A DNA stretch of 64,000 bases from a virus: IMG/VR virus record IMGVR_UViG_3300021225_000362, positions 13,966-77,965 of that record; one strand, written 5' to 3'. Position numbers and translations under genes: made by a program. The notes under the pieces are model-generated. The model did not search any database. It saw nothing but the letters and a program-made list of their open reading frames with translations, and was not told the DNA's origin. Shown piece after piece: positions 19,283 to 29,134 of this stretch (positions are counted from its first letter, which is position 1; each line of letters begins with the position of its first letter).

Positions 19283-19510
19283 ATGCCAACCCCAATGAGA
19301 AAGTTATTAAATTGGATGGAAGAAAATCCATTCAATTTAGACATTCCTGTCGAATGTGTTGATATGGTTAAGATTTTATGTGAAGAAGAAAAAATTGAAT
19401 TAATTAAGGCGAGAGAAGATGGGATTTATACCATGATAAATGGTACTGTCCAAGAAAAACAAATAACCTCTGAGGAATACTACAACAAACTTAACGAAGA
19501 AAAAAACTAA
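19283..19510 (+). CDS. Hypothetical protein
   Basis: 75 aa ORF. Confidence 0.55.
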   Translation: MPTPMRKLLNWMEENPFNLDIPVECVDMVKILCEEEKIELIKAREDGIYTMINGTVQEKQITSEEYYNKLNEEKN

Positions 19511-19512
19511 CT

Positions 19513-19869
19513 ATGGGTTATCTAACAACATTTACCATTTATAATGATGGTGCTGACCAACTGACCAATAATACGGAAAAGTTTTGTAAGAAGTTACAAG
19601 AGGGTTGTTATGGTGTTTATACCAAAGATGGTGAAAGTGGAAGTTTTGGACATGGATATCATGGGAATCTTGTAACGGTTCAGAAACCGAGACACGCTGA
19701 TGACCACACTTGCTATGTCCATATGGGGAATACGTTGACTGAAATGAATCCATTCAGTCAACAAACGAAAAGGTTGATGGAGTCAAATCCCGAATTTTTT
19801 GATGGTTTGTTGAAACACATGGAAAATACCATCAAAGAATTGAAAAAAATGAAAAAAGAAAAATCATGA
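19513..19869 (+). CDS. Conserved phage hypothetical protein
   Basis: MGYLTTFTIYNDG...HAD. Confidence 0.65.
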   Translation: MGYLTTFTIYNDGADQLTNNTEKFCKKLQEGCYGVYTKDGESGSFGHGYHGNLVTVQKPRHADDHTCYVHMGNTLTEMNPFSQQTKRLMESNPEFFDGLLKHMENTIKELKKMKKEKS

Positions 19870-20021
19870 TTGGTATTTTATTATTGATATTTTGTTTTCT
19901 TTTACTCATCGTTTGGTTATGGGTTGGTGGTATTGATTACATGATGAAACACCACAAAGATTATAAAGGAGAAGATTTCCTAAATTGGAAAAACGATAAA
20001 AACAACAATACAGAATCTTAA
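19866..20021 (+). CDS. Small membrane protein, 51 aa (not in ORF track)
   Basis: MIGILLLIFCFLLLIVWLWVGGIDYMMKHHKDYKGEDF... Confidence 0.6.
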   Translation: MIGILLLIFCFLLLIVWLWVGGIDYMMKHHKDYKGEDFLNWKNDKNNNTES

Positions 20022-20039
20022 CATCAAACTACAACAATT

Positions 20040-20603
20040 ATGAAACAGTTTTTTTTGTCCTTGGTTTTCTTGTTTTCGGTTTCTTTTGTGAACTCACAGG
20101 TTTTTAATGGTGTGCCGATATCAGGAAATCTGCAAACCTGTGTATCAAATTTCAAACAGAGGGGGTTTACATTTGTAAAATACAATCCGCATGGAGCAAC
20201 TATGTCAGGTATGGTATCAAACAAACAAGTTGAGTTATATATTGTGGTGACACCGAAATCTAAAACGGTATGTAAGGTTGCAATTTATTTTCCAAAAAGA
20301 AGTAGTTGGTCGAAATTGTATTCAGAATATATCGATATGAAAGACATGATAACAACTAAATACGGTGACCCTGATTATAATGTTGAAAAATTCAATTATC
20401 CATATGAATTGGGAGATGGATTTGAAACAACCGCAATTTCTATGGAAAAATGTGAATACACTACCATATGGTTAGAGAGAGGTAACACAAATATTATTGT
20501 TGAAATATCCGAATTTTTACAGACATATATTGCGTATGAAAATAAAAAGAATATGGATTTAAGGGAAAGAGAAGAGCAGACCATAAACATGACGACTTTT
20601 TAA
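20040..20603 (+). CDS. Exported protein, Bacteroidota-like
   Basis: Signal peptide MKQFFLSLVFLFSVSFVNS; FNGVPISG...KYGDP. Confidence 0.65.
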   Translation: MKQFFLSLVFLFSVSFVNSQVFNGVPISGNLQTCVSNFKQRGFTFVKYNPHGATMSGMVSNKQVELYIVVTPKSKTVCKVAIYFPKRSSWSKLYSEYIDMKDMITTKYGDPDYNVEKFNYPYELGDGFETTAISMEKCEYTTIWLERGNTNIIVEISEFLQTYIAYENKKNMDLREREEQTINMTTF

Positions 20604-20612
20604 AAAAAACAT

Positions 20613-20798
20613 ATGTTAAAGTTAGGTAGAAATCTTATAATATTTTATCTCGGTGTTAATTATGCATATGTAAAATTAGGATTCGAAGTAGAAACTTTAA
20701 AATGGGTGTTGTTAATCTCTCTTTTAGTTTTTACTAATGTCTTAATAATGTTCAACGAAAACAAAATAAATGTAAAAATAAATGTAGATGATGAATGA
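20613..20798 (+). CDS. Small membrane protein
   Basis: Two hydrophobic segments. Confidence 0.5.
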   Translation: MLKLGRNLIIFYLGVNYAYVKLGFEVETLKWVLLISLLVFTNVLIMFNENKINVKINVDDE

Positions 20799-21021
20799 GC
20801 ATAATATTCAGAAAAATTTTATAATCTATAAATTGAATGAAATTATGGACGATTATGAAATTAATTTGGATGATGCCATTGATTTTCTAATGGATAGATT
20901 TCTTTATTTTTATATGTTCGAATCTTTAACTATTCTCTTAGAAATTCAACACGAAGTACGTACCCTCAGAGAAAACATAGTTTCATTGTTTTTTATCAAT
21001 ATGTACAAATACAGACTTTAA
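20788..21021 (+). CDS. Hypothetical protein
   Basis: 77 aa ORF. Confidence 0.5.
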   Translation: MMNEHNIQKNFIIYKLNEIMDDYEINLDDAIDFLMDRFLYFYMFESLTILLEIQHEVRTLRENIVSLFFINMYKYRL

Positions 21022-21074
21022 TTTTTTCAATAACGAAAAATGTCGTATCTTGTTATCACTAAAAAATCAAACAA

Positions 21075-21626
21075 ATGAAAGTTTATCCTGAAATTATCAA
21101 GGTGCAAGGTTTTTGCGAGTACAAAAGTAAAACAAAAAACGTTGTAATTTTCACAAAAGAAGTAAATGATGATTTATTGTTTATCATTACATGGAATGGA
21201 GACACAAATAGAGTTTCTGTTCATCGATGGCAAAATAACAATAATTCGGATATAAGTTTTGAAATGGTTACCAAATTGTTTTTGGTGAAATGTTCTTTAC
21301 AGATGGAATTAAATAATTTTAATTTTACCGAAGATGACCCTTCAGTAGTTTTTGATGGTGAAATCAAAAATATAATACAATTATTTAAACTTTTTGTTGA
21401 TGTAAATATCATGGACAATGATGTAAACATCCCAAATAATATTGATGAGAATTTTTTTAATGATGAATATGAATATGATGAAATGACTTTTGATTTGACT
21501 TCTAAGATGCTTATTTCAATGTTTAACGGACAAGAAGAATACGAAAAGTCAAAAAAGATTTGGAATCATTATCTTGCAATTAGAGAGAAAAACAATTGGA
21601 CGAATACATTTTGTGAAATCATTTAA
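21075..21626 (+). CDS. Hypothetical protein
   Basis: 183 aa ORF; upstream TATCTTG promoter-like element. Confidence 0.6.
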   Translation: MKVYPEIIKVQGFCEYKSKTKNVVIFTKEVNDDLLFIITWNGDTNRVSVHRWQNNNNSDISFEMVTKLFLVKCSLQMELNNFNFTEDDPSVVFDGEIKNIIQLFKLFVDVNIMDNDVNIPNNIDENFFNDEYEYDEMTFDLTSKMLISMFNGQEEYEKSKKIWNHYLAIREKNNWTNTFCEII

Positions 21627-21636
21627 ATTAAATAAG

Positions 21637-22209
21637 ATGAAAAAATTCACTATAGAAAAAATTCTTGTCTTTGGTAAGTTAGATGATGATAAAGGTTTAG
21701 ATATTGGAGAAACCTTTTATATGGATGAATCGTTGACAATACCACTATTACAATATGGTGGTGAAATATCAGATTGTACAGATGATACAAAAGTTGGTCA
21801 AAAAGTCTTCGAATTAGATTTAGAAAACCATGAGGTTGATTTGTTGAATGAAGAAGAGTCAGGTTTGGATACATATGTTGTCGAAAGTAAAAATTATAGA
21901 CCAAGACTTGCAGTTCAATCTGAGATTGATTTAATCAATGATTACTTGGTCAAAGAAATGTCTTGTCAGGAAAAGGATTTGATTACATTGGGTTTGAACC
22001 CAATCGTCTATGACATCAATGAAGATTTCAAACTGTTGGTGTCAACACAAATCTCAAGGTGTGTACTGAGTGACGGTAAAGTGATGATTAATTTCAATGC
22101 AATTAAATACGCCATAAAACATGGTCACGTATATGAATATGAAAACTATGATGATTTGTGGGATGATGAAAATGTAAACATCAATCAAATCATGGAAATA
22201 CTAAAATAG
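21637..22209 (+). CDS. Hypothetical acidic protein
   Basis: ATG at MKKFTIEK within the track ORF 21574..22209. Confidence 0.6.
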   Translation: MKKFTIEKILVFGKLDDDKGLDIGETFYMDESLTIPLLQYGGEISDCTDDTKVGQKVFELDLENHEVDLLNEEESGLDTYVVESKNYRPRLAVQSEIDLINDYLVKEMSCQEKDLITLGLNPIVYDINEDFKLLVSTQISRCVLSDGKVMINFNAIKYAIKHGHVYEYENYDDLWDDENVNINQIMEILK

Positions 22210-22255
22210 TTTTTTATTACCAAAAAAAATCGTTACATTTAAAAAAACAATAATC

Positions 22256-22624
22256 ATGAGTGAAACATTCGAAACTACGTTTAAATCTGCAAATGATTTG
22301 AGCGACATGAAAGGTGCTTTCGTTGAAAGTCTCAAGAGGAATGCAAAACAAATCAAATCGGATAGAGCAATTGCAATTGCTGAAGATGCTGAGACCGAAA
22401 TGAAAAGGAGGATTGAAGACCTTATCAGAGATATCAGAAAGTTGGAAAGAGAGAGGGAATCAAGATTGGATATGTCTCCCGATAACGTAACAAGTTTGAA
22501 ATTGGCAACAGAGTTTGATGCAAGTCAATTTGTAAACGCAGAACTTGAATATGGTGAGAAACTTTTCATCATGACAAGAAGGCTTCAGATTCTTCAGGAA
22601 AGATACAATTACCTTTTTAAATAA
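22256..22624 (+). CDS. Coiled-coil protein heading the vWA/PurA-like operon
   Basis: 122 aa helical; LDMSP; TACATTTA promoter upstream. Confidence 0.65.
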   Translation: MSETFETTFKSANDLSDMKGAFVESLKRNAKQIKSDRAIAIAEDAETEMKRRIEDLIRDIRKLERERESRLDMSPDNVTSLKLATEFDASQFVNAELEYGEKLFIMTRRLQILQERYNYLFK

Positions 22625-22631
22625 TTAACAC

Positions 22632-23504
22632 ATGGGAAGTTCAGTATATAATTCAGAATTAAGGTCAGAGAGAGCATTTAGTCGTGGTTATCACACCAAA
22701 ACAACAAATGAAATCTTCGAGCAAAATAAACTCCGAAGAATTCATGAGTCGATGGAACCAAAGAAAGCGTTGATTCGTGAATCAAGGGATTCCGAAACGC
22801 ACCCTAACAGTGTTCCTATTATCATTGCTCTTGATGTGACAGGGTCCATGGGAAAAATCCCACATCATCTTGTTAAAGATGGTCTTCCCACACTTATGTC
22901 GGGTATCATTCAAAATGGTATTCCTGACCCGCAAGTGTTATTCCTTGCGGTTGGTGATGTCACATGTGACCACCATCCTCTTCAAGTTGGTCAATTTGAA
23001 AGTGGTGATGAGGAACTTGATATGTGGTTGACAAGAACCTACCTTGAAGGTGGTGGCGGTGGGAATGATGGTGAGAGTTATTCTCTTGCTTGGCACTACG
23101 CAGCAAACCATACCGTAACAGATGCGTGGGAAAAAAGAAAACAGAAAGGATTTCTATTTACCATCGGAGATGAACCTATCCATTCCTCATTTACCAAGAA
23201 ATATCTGAACGAAATCTTCGGTCAGGATTATCAGGGAAATACCAAGAATGAGGATTTGTTGGAAGCAGCACAGAAGATGTACAATGTTTATCACATCCAT
23301 GTTGCTGAAACATCTGCAGGTAGAAGAAGTTTGGAGTTTTGGAAAAACCTGATGGGTCAACATTGTATTTCTGTTGAAAGTCACACAGACATCCCGAAGG
23401 TGATAGCAAACATCGTTTCTTCTAACGTCAGCACATCCACACCTCAAACCGATGTGAAAGTAGATGTTGATGTTGTGGTAGATGACGAAAAAATGTTGCT
23501 CTGA
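22632..23504 (+). CDS. vWA (MIDAS) domain protein
   Basis: IIIALDVTGSMG (DxTxS), EGGGGGNDGESY, FLFTIGDEP. Confidence 0.9.
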   Translation: MGSSVYNSELRSERAFSRGYHTKTTNEIFEQNKLRRIHESMEPKKALIRESRDSETHPNSVPIIIALDVTGSMGKIPHHLVKDGLPTLMSGIIQNGIPDPQVLFLAVGDVTCDHHPLQVGQFESGDEELDMWLTRTYLEGGGGGNDGESYSLAWHYAANHTVTDAWEKRKQKGFLFTIGDEPIHSSFTKKYLNEIFGQDYQGNTKNEDLLEAAQKMYNVYHIHVAETSAGRRSLEFWKNLMGQHCISVESHTDIPKVIANIVSSNVSTSTPQTDVKVDVDVVVDDEKMLL

Positions 23505-23524
23505 TATCAAAATTTTATTTTTTT

Positions 23525-23560
23525 AATCCCTCCAAGTTTATTATATTTGGGGGGATTTTT
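23525..23560 (+). terminator. Intrinsic terminator
   Basis: AATCCCTCCAA-loop-TTGGGGGGATT followed by a T-run. Confidence 0.65.
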
Positions 23561-23579
23561 TATTAAAAAACATAATAAC

Positions 23580-24710
23580 ATGACAGCGAATATTGTTTGT
23601 GGAACACAATGGGGAGATGAAGGTAAGGGCAGGGTCGTTAGTTGGTTGATAGATAGCAATGATTCAAGTAAGATTGTGGTGAGGTATTCAGGTGGTCACC
23701 AAGCAGGTCACACCGTCATTCATAATGGAATAAAACATATTTTCTCAAATTTTGGTAGTGGATGTTTACAAAATGTTCCAACATATTTCAGTGAACACTG
23801 CACCGTATACCCGAATACTCTTTATAATGAATCTAAAATATTGCAAGCCAAAACCAATCAGGTGCACAAAATAATTGTGCATCCGTTGACTATGATAACC
23901 ACACCATATGATGTGATTTATAACAGGGTCACAGAAATGAAGAACAGACATGGGAGTGTAGGTCTTGGTGTCGGTGCAACGATGAAAAGAAATATTGAAA
24001 CTCCATACAAGTTATACGCTATTGATATTTTATATCCCGAACTTTTCAAAGAAAAATTAAAACAAATATATCGTTATTATAGTAACATCCTTGGTGCATT
24101 GGAATTCTCTAACCTTTGTGTTTCTAAATTGGGTGATTTGGATTTCAAATATGAAATAGAAAAGTTCCATGATATATTCACACAAAACATCATGATTGAT
24201 GATTATTTATCTCTTGTTTTTTATGATGAAATCATATTTGAAGGTTCACAAGGTATTATGCTTGATATGGACCACGGAGTATTCCCAAATGTTACATATG
24301 GAAATACAACAACCAAGAATGCAATAAAAATATGTGAGAATATTCGTATTGATGAAATCAATAATTATTATGTGACTCGTTGTTATCAAACAAGACATGG
24401 TAATGGTTGGATGAGTAATGAACGTGAAATAAATCTAATCAATAACCATGAAGAAATAAATGTACAAAATCAATGGCAAGGTAATTTCAGAGTTGGTGAG
24501 TTTGATTTGAAACTATTCAATCATGCGTATTTGATTGATAAAATTTATAATTCAAACATAAATAATGACAATTTAGTGGTGACATGTGTTGACCAAAGAC
24601 CTGATTTAAAATTTAATGAACAATTCGGGGAAATAATAAGAAAACACACAACAATAAAAAACATATACGAATCATTTTCACCTAACACACAAGACATAAG
24701 ATTAATATGA
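23580..24710 (+). CDS. Divergent adenylosuccinate-synthetase (PurA)-like protein
   Basis: QWGDEGKG, RYSGGHQAGHT, HGSVGLG, FEGSQGIMLDMDHGVFPNVT, YVTRCYQTRHGNG. Confidence 0.85.
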   Translation: MTANIVCGTQWGDEGKGRVVSWLIDSNDSSKIVVRYSGGHQAGHTVIHNGIKHIFSNFGSGCLQNVPTYFSEHCTVYPNTLYNESKILQAKTNQVHKIIVHPLTMITTPYDVIYNRVTEMKNRHGSVGLGVGATMKRNIETPYKLYAIDILYPELFKEKLKQIYRYYSNILGALEFSNLCVSKLGDLDFKYEIEKFHDIFTQNIMIDDYLSLVFYDEIIFEGSQGIMLDMDHGVFPNVTYGNTTTKNAIKICENIRIDEINNYYVTRCYQTRHGNGWMSNEREINLINNHEEINVQNQWQGNFRVGEFDLKLFNHAYLIDKIYNSNINNDNLVVTCVDQRPDLKFNEQFGEIIRKHTTIKNIYESFSPNTQDIRLI

Positions 24711-25300
24711 CAGACAATTTTAAATTAATATCTGAATTCATAGAAGGTAAAACACAGAAAGGTGATTTTTATTTTCTTCAGATATTAAAAAGAAGAAAAG
24801 ACAATCCGAAAATGGATGTTGACATGGTTCCAATTAATTTTTACTATGTCAAAGACCATCATCATCTGATGAGATTGAAACCACATATCATTGCAGATTG
24901 TAATGCCCACAATGCAAGAGCATATTTCAATCTAAATAAAAGGAATGAAAAAAAGATTGCTCTTCAAACATTACGGATAATCGCAGATTCTATTTCAAGT
25001 GAAATATATGATGTGAAAAATGCATATCATGGTGCTTGTGGTAAGTTTTCTTCGGATGATGATAAAAAATGGATTATTGATGTTGATGGTGATTTTAACA
25101 ACACCACAATTATAAATCATCCGATATATGATTTGGTAAAAAAGTTGCAACAACAAGCAACCAATGAACCATTAAATCTACTTGTACCAACAAAAAACGG
25201 AATTCACATAATTACAAGACCATTCAATCTACAGGAATTCAGGAAACATTATCCACATACCGATATCCATAAGGACAATCCAACAATCTTATATTGTTAG
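24707..25300 (+). CDS. AEP (primase-polymerase)-like protein
   Basis: WIIDVD (DxD), PTKNGIHII (motif II His), IHKD. Confidence 0.55.
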   Translation: MTDNFKLISEFIEGKTQKGDFYFLQILKRRKDNPKMDVDMVPINFYYVKDHHHLMRLKPHIIADCNAHNARAYFNLNKRNEKKIALQTLRIIADSISSEIYDVKNAYHGACGKFSSDDDKKWIIDVDGDFNNTTIINHPIYDLVKKLQQQATNEPLNLLVPTKNGIHIITRPFNLQEFRKHYPHTDIHKDNPTILYC

Positions 25301-25355
25301 TGATGTTTTTTGGTAATTAAAGAATTTTTTTTTACATTTACAAAAAGAAAAATTT

Positions 25356-26234
25356 ATGAATACATTTTTGAAAACAATTGCAAGTTCGTTACTTATGACA
25401 TTTATCGCCCTTGTGTCATATGGTGTTTACAATCTATTTGAATTGAATTATTTCAAATCAAATTTATTTACAGGGGTGATTGCACTCATATTTGGAGTCG
25501 CAGCAATGTATTATGGTTTTAATTTGTTAAGAAAAATTTGGACAATAAGTATTTTATTTTTGATTGTTATATTGCAAGGATGTTCATATGCTAAATCAAA
25601 CCAACAAGTGGTAGTATCAAGTGATTGTGGTGTAACATGGCAGAAAATTAATATGGGTGAAGCGGTCCCTCGTCCAGGTGTCAATCCTTGCTACATGAAA
25701 GTGGTTATACCTAACTTTCCAATGCAAGGAGAAAGTAAATTCATTACGAACCTTAAAGATAAAGTCAGGACAGTTACACATATTGATTATGATTATACGA
25801 TTATAGAACCATTGGCGTTCATTAAACAGGCAAAGTTCTTAGGTAAAGCAAATACAGATGCCGATGATGAAGCTGCTATTGGGTCCAATTTTGAAGGTGC
25901 TGAGAATATGGTGATAGACAAAAGGATTAAGGATGTTGCAAAGGATATTTTTGTAAGTGAAGATATTGTAGAATTGGACCAATCAGAATTGGAAGATAGA
26001 CTCCTCTCAGAAAGCAATAAAGTACTTGAACCACTTGGTATAAAATTGAATTTTATCACACTTACCTTTGACCTTGATGAACAAACACGAATGGCAATTG
26101 ATATTGCAACTGCAATGAAAATTTATCAAAGCCGTGGACTTGTCGATGTTGGTAAAGAAGTAATGAAAGAGAGAGCGGGTGCAACCAAAATAACTGTAGA
26201 AAATAAACCCGATAACACAAATAAATCTGAATAA
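25356..26234 (+). CDS. Membrane protein, SPFH/band-7-like
   Basis: Three N-terminal hydrophobic helices; LEPLGIKLNFITLTFDLDEQTRMAID. Confidence 0.55.
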   Translation: MNTFLKTIASSLLMTFIALVSYGVYNLFELNYFKSNLFTGVIALIFGVAAMYYGFNLLRKIWTISILFLIVILQGCSYAKSNQQVVVSSDCGVTWQKINMGEAVPRPGVNPCYMKVVIPNFPMQGESKFITNLKDKVRTVTHIDYDYTIIEPLAFIKQAKFLGKANTDADDEAAIGSNFEGAENMVIDKRIKDVAKDIFVSEDIVELDQSELEDRLLSESNKVLEPLGIKLNFITLTFDLDEQTRMAIDIATAMKIYQSRGLVDVGKEVMKERAGATKITVENKPDNTNKSE

Positions 26235-26235
26235 T

Positions 26236-26493
26236 ATGTGGCCATTCAACAGGAAAAAAAAGAAAAAAGAAGAAAAAAAGAATTCATCTTACTATTCTTC
26301 TTATACACCATCAGACTCAACCATGTTTAATCCGTCAGTCTTTAGTTTTGATGATGATTCATCGTCATATAAATCAAGTAACACAGATTATGGTGGTGGT
26401 GATTTTGGTGGTGCAGGTGCAGGTAGCAGTTGGGACAGTGGTTCATCAGATTCGGGTGGTGACTCAGGTGGCGGAGATGGTGGTGGAGACTAA
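26236..26493 (+). CDS. Gly/Ser/Asp-rich small protein
   Basis: GGGDFGGAGAGSSW...GGDGGGD low-complexity tail. Confidence 0.7.
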   Translation: MWPFNRKKKKKEEKKNSSYYSSYTPSDSTMFNPSVFSFDDDSSSYKSSNTDYGGGDFGGAGAGSSWDSGSSDSGGDSGGGDGGGD

Positions 26494-26551
26494 AAAGGCG
26501 ATAATTTGAAAATATCGACAATAAACACGAATTTAAATCAAAACCAAGTTT

Positions 26552-26887
26552 ATGAAAAAGTATCTTATCATCTTATTTGTTTTTACACTTTTCGGTTGTT
26601 CGACATTGAAGAATTTCTTTGACTCAGAAAAGAACGCACCGAAAGAAAAGTTTTCAGTGGATAAAAATGTTATTCTCTTTGAAAACAAACCATTTGCTGA
26701 ACTTCAAGCAATGACATGGAGTTTGGATGGTGGTGAATTGGTCAGGGAAATGAATTTCAAATTGTTGGATAAGCATGATTTATCAATCATTGGTGGTATG
26801 ATTGATTTTCTCTCTGACAGGCATCAAGGTGATGAGATTGAGGTGGAGTTTGAAATACCACATAATAACGAACAATTCAAATTATAA
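26552..26887 (+). CDS. Putative lipoprotein
   Basis: MKKYLIILFVFTLFGC lipobox. Confidence 0.65.
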   Translation: MKKYLIILFVFTLFGCSTLKNFFDSEKNAPKEKFSVDKNVILFENKPFAELQAMTWSLDGGELVREMNFKLLDKHDLSIIGGMIDFLSDRHQGDEIEVEFEIPHNNEQFKL

Positions 26888-26888
26888 A

Positions 26889-27527
26889 ATGAAAAAGTTT
26901 ATAGTATTCATTCTTCTATTACAATTTCAAACAATATATTCTCAAGATGTGATTACGCTCAAACACAGGGCGTATATCACATCTTTTGATGTTCATAAGA
27001 AATATCCCGTCATGGTGCAATGGTGGGTGACAAAAAAGATGTTTTCATGTGATTATAGGAACAATCGTATCAGTACGTTCTCTGCCGACCCTAAATTGAA
27101 GGAACACACTAACCTGAATGATATGTACAAACATTCGGGATATGACCGTGGACACGTATTTCCCGCTCTCTACGGGGAATGTGATTACAGAACCATGAAA
27201 GAATCCTTTTATTATTCCAACATGTTGCCACAAACACCATCATTAAATCGTGGTGATTGGAAAATGGTTGAGGAATTGACAAAGTTGGAGTGTTTGAAAT
27301 ATGATTCTGTTTATGTATGGGCGGGTGGTATTGGTGAAGTCAAGAAATTGGGTACAATGTCGGTTCCTGAGTATTGTTGGAAAGTCATTTACATAAAGAA
27401 GACGAAGGAATATTTTTGTTTTTTATTTAAGAATGATTTTTCAAGACCGAATGGAATTAACGATAATAAAGTTGAAATTGGTGTGATAGAAAAAATGACA
27501 GGATTTAACTTCAACACAAAAAATTAA
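26889..27527 (+). CDS. DNA/RNA non-specific endonuclease (NucA/EndA family) with signal peptide
   Basis: YDRGHVFP, ESFYYSNMLPQTPSLNRGDWK..E, VPEYCWKV; ATG at 26889. Confidence 0.9.
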   Translation: MKKFIVFILLLQFQTIYSQDVITLKHRAYITSFDVHKKYPVMVQWWVTKKMFSCDYRNNRISTFSADPKLKEHTNLNDMYKHSGYDRGHVFPALYGECDYRTMKESFYYSNMLPQTPSLNRGDWKMVEELTKLECLKYDSVYVWAGGIGEVKKLGTMSVPEYCWKVIYIKKTKEYFCFLFKNDFSRPNGINDNKVEIGVIEKMTGFNFNTKN

Positions 27528-27531
27528 ATCG

Positions 27532-28104
27532 ATGCCAACTTTAACAGTTACTGAAGAACAATTAAGATTGATTGAACATGCTCTTGAATTTTATTCAAGA
27601 GTTGGTATAGCACAGATGTGGGTAATCAAAGACCATCCGACATTTCAAAATGTTTTGGGTGATAAACTTCGTGTAAAAAAACCGTTGGAAGTTGGTGATG
27701 AAACTGAAAGAGGCACTGTAACTGAAATCGGGAAAGGATACGTAAAGACGAAAGGATTTTGGAGCGCAAAAGAGGAAGAGAGAACATGGAAAGATGTTGA
27801 GAATATCAAACATTCAATAGATTACGGTCAATTCCATGATATCCGAGAAAGAGCCGATAAATTATTTAATGAGGCTAAGAACTTGTTGTTGCAGGAAGAT
27901 ATGCACAAAAATGGTTCATATGGTATCCATAATTCAAATGTCCATGAATCCTGCAGAACTGCGTTTGATATCAAGCAAGTGATAAGACATGAGTTTTGGA
28001 AAAGAAATCCTAATAGACGTGAAATGACTGTAGATTCACACATTCATTTTACTTCAACTGTAGATTCACATAAAATTAAATGTAACCTCGATGAGAACGA
28101 ATAA
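27532..28104 (+). CDS. Hypothetical protein
   Basis: 190 aa ORF. Confidence 0.6.
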   Translation: MPTLTVTEEQLRLIEHALEFYSRVGIAQMWVIKDHPTFQNVLGDKLRVKKPLEVGDETERGTVTEIGKGYVKTKGFWSAKEEERTWKDVENIKHSIDYGQFHDIRERADKLFNEAKNLLLQEDMHKNGSYGIHNSNVHESCRTAFDIKQVIRHEFWKRNPNRREMTVDSHIHFTSTVDSHKIKCNLDENE

Positions 28105-28345
28105 AGAACTATTGGAATTGATGTTGGAAAATCAACAAAATTTTCATTCTGGTTTATGTGCTTGGATAATAAGTATGTATCTGCGAGGTATAATAACAAC
28201 AGAGGAGTATTATGAATTTAAAAAGTATTTAAATCAAAATAAACCAATAACTTTCCATAGAATATTTAGTGCATTTTGGTGGAAGCAAGGAGATATTAAT
28301 CCTCGTATTAAATGGATTAAAAAACACATCAAAAAGTTGTCATGA
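28091..28345 (+). CDS. Hypothetical protein
   Basis: 84 aa coupled ORF. Confidence 0.6.
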   Translation: MRTNKELLELMLENQQNFHSGLCAWIISMYLRGIITTEEYYEFKKYLNQNKPITFHRIFSAFWWKQGDINPRIKWIKKHIKKLS

Positions 28346-28572
28346 AACCTATTCATAAGTTTAATGGCGGGTTGGGTGCTACCTTATGTCACTCTTGCAA
28401 TGTTATCATAACCACAGGTTTAACAGAAGACCTCTATTGTGAATTCTGTAACCCTGATTTTATGAAGGATAAAACACCCGATGAATGGTTGGAGATTGTT
28501 TTAAATAAACAGGGTTACATATCCCGAAGTCAACAAGAAATTTATGAAAAATTACTAAAAAAAGTTTTGTAA
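28342..28572 (+). CDS. Small Zn-finger-like protein
   Basis: KFNGGLGATLCHSCNVII...CEFC. Confidence 0.6.
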   Translation: MKPIHKFNGGLGATLCHSCNVIITTGLTEDLYCEFCNPDFMKDKTPDEWLEIVLNKQGYISRSQQEIYEKLLKKVL

Positions 28573-28600
28573 TATTAAAACTTTGATATAATTTTGTTCT

Positions 28601-28900
28601 ATGGAACAGAAAGACATTCTTGACTTGGCAAGTGAAGAGGTGTGGAATCACCTCACCAATGGCAATCCCGAAGGGGATTTTATGCATTCTACTATAGGTG
28701 CTGCAGATAAAATTTTATGGTGGTACAAAGGGTATAAAAAGTGTCAAGAAACTCATCCCATCACTAAGGAAGCGATAAAGCCGTTACAGGAATTGTTAGA
28801 TGAGGGTTATGACCCCTATGACTCGGCACATCATTTACAAGTTCAGAAGATGTTGAAGGTTATTGAACAATTTATTTCAAACTTAAAACTTGATATATGA
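28601..28900 (+). CDS. Hypothetical protein ending ISNLKLDI
   Basis: 99 aa; shares its C-terminus and junction with 29135..29455. Confidence 0.6.
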   Translation: MEQKDILDLASEEVWNHLTNGNPEGDFMHSTIGAADKILWWYKGYKKCQETHPITKEAIKPLQELLDEGYDPYDSAHHLQVQKMLKVIEQFISNLKLDI

Positions 28901-29124
28901 CACAAGAAGAGCAAATATTTAATGAAATTTATAAAAAGAATATTAATGAATGTATTGAACATGGTCGTAAATATAATATAAGCTACGAGTATTCTGAGCA
29001 ACGAAGAGATGATGCATTAACATTAACTTATTATGAAATAAGAGATTATAGGTGGAAAGAAGCAAAACTTGTAGAATATGCAACTAAAAAATATTTAGAT
29101 TATTTTTCTATCGTTCCTAATTAA
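28897..29124 (+). CDS. Hypothetical protein
   Basis: 75 aa ORF between junction repeats. Confidence 0.55.
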   Translation: MTQEEQIFNEIYKKNINECIEHGRKYNISYEYSEQRRDDALTLTYYEIRDYRWKEAKLVEYATKKYLDYFSIVPN

Positions 29125-29134
29125 AACTTGATAT

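Noticed and set aside
23580-24710. PurZ / 2-aminoadenine (Z-genome) pathway
   Set aside because: The motif is GDEGKG with the PurA catalytic Asp rather than the Ser typical of PurZ, and no DatZ/MazZ-like genes are adjacent
25249-25257. DnaA box TTATCCACA
   Set aside because: Single copy inside a coding sequence; no cluster suggesting an origin
28027-28070. 14-bp direct repeat ACTGTAGATTCACA
   Set aside because: Short in-frame intragenic duplication (TVDSH twice); no further structure
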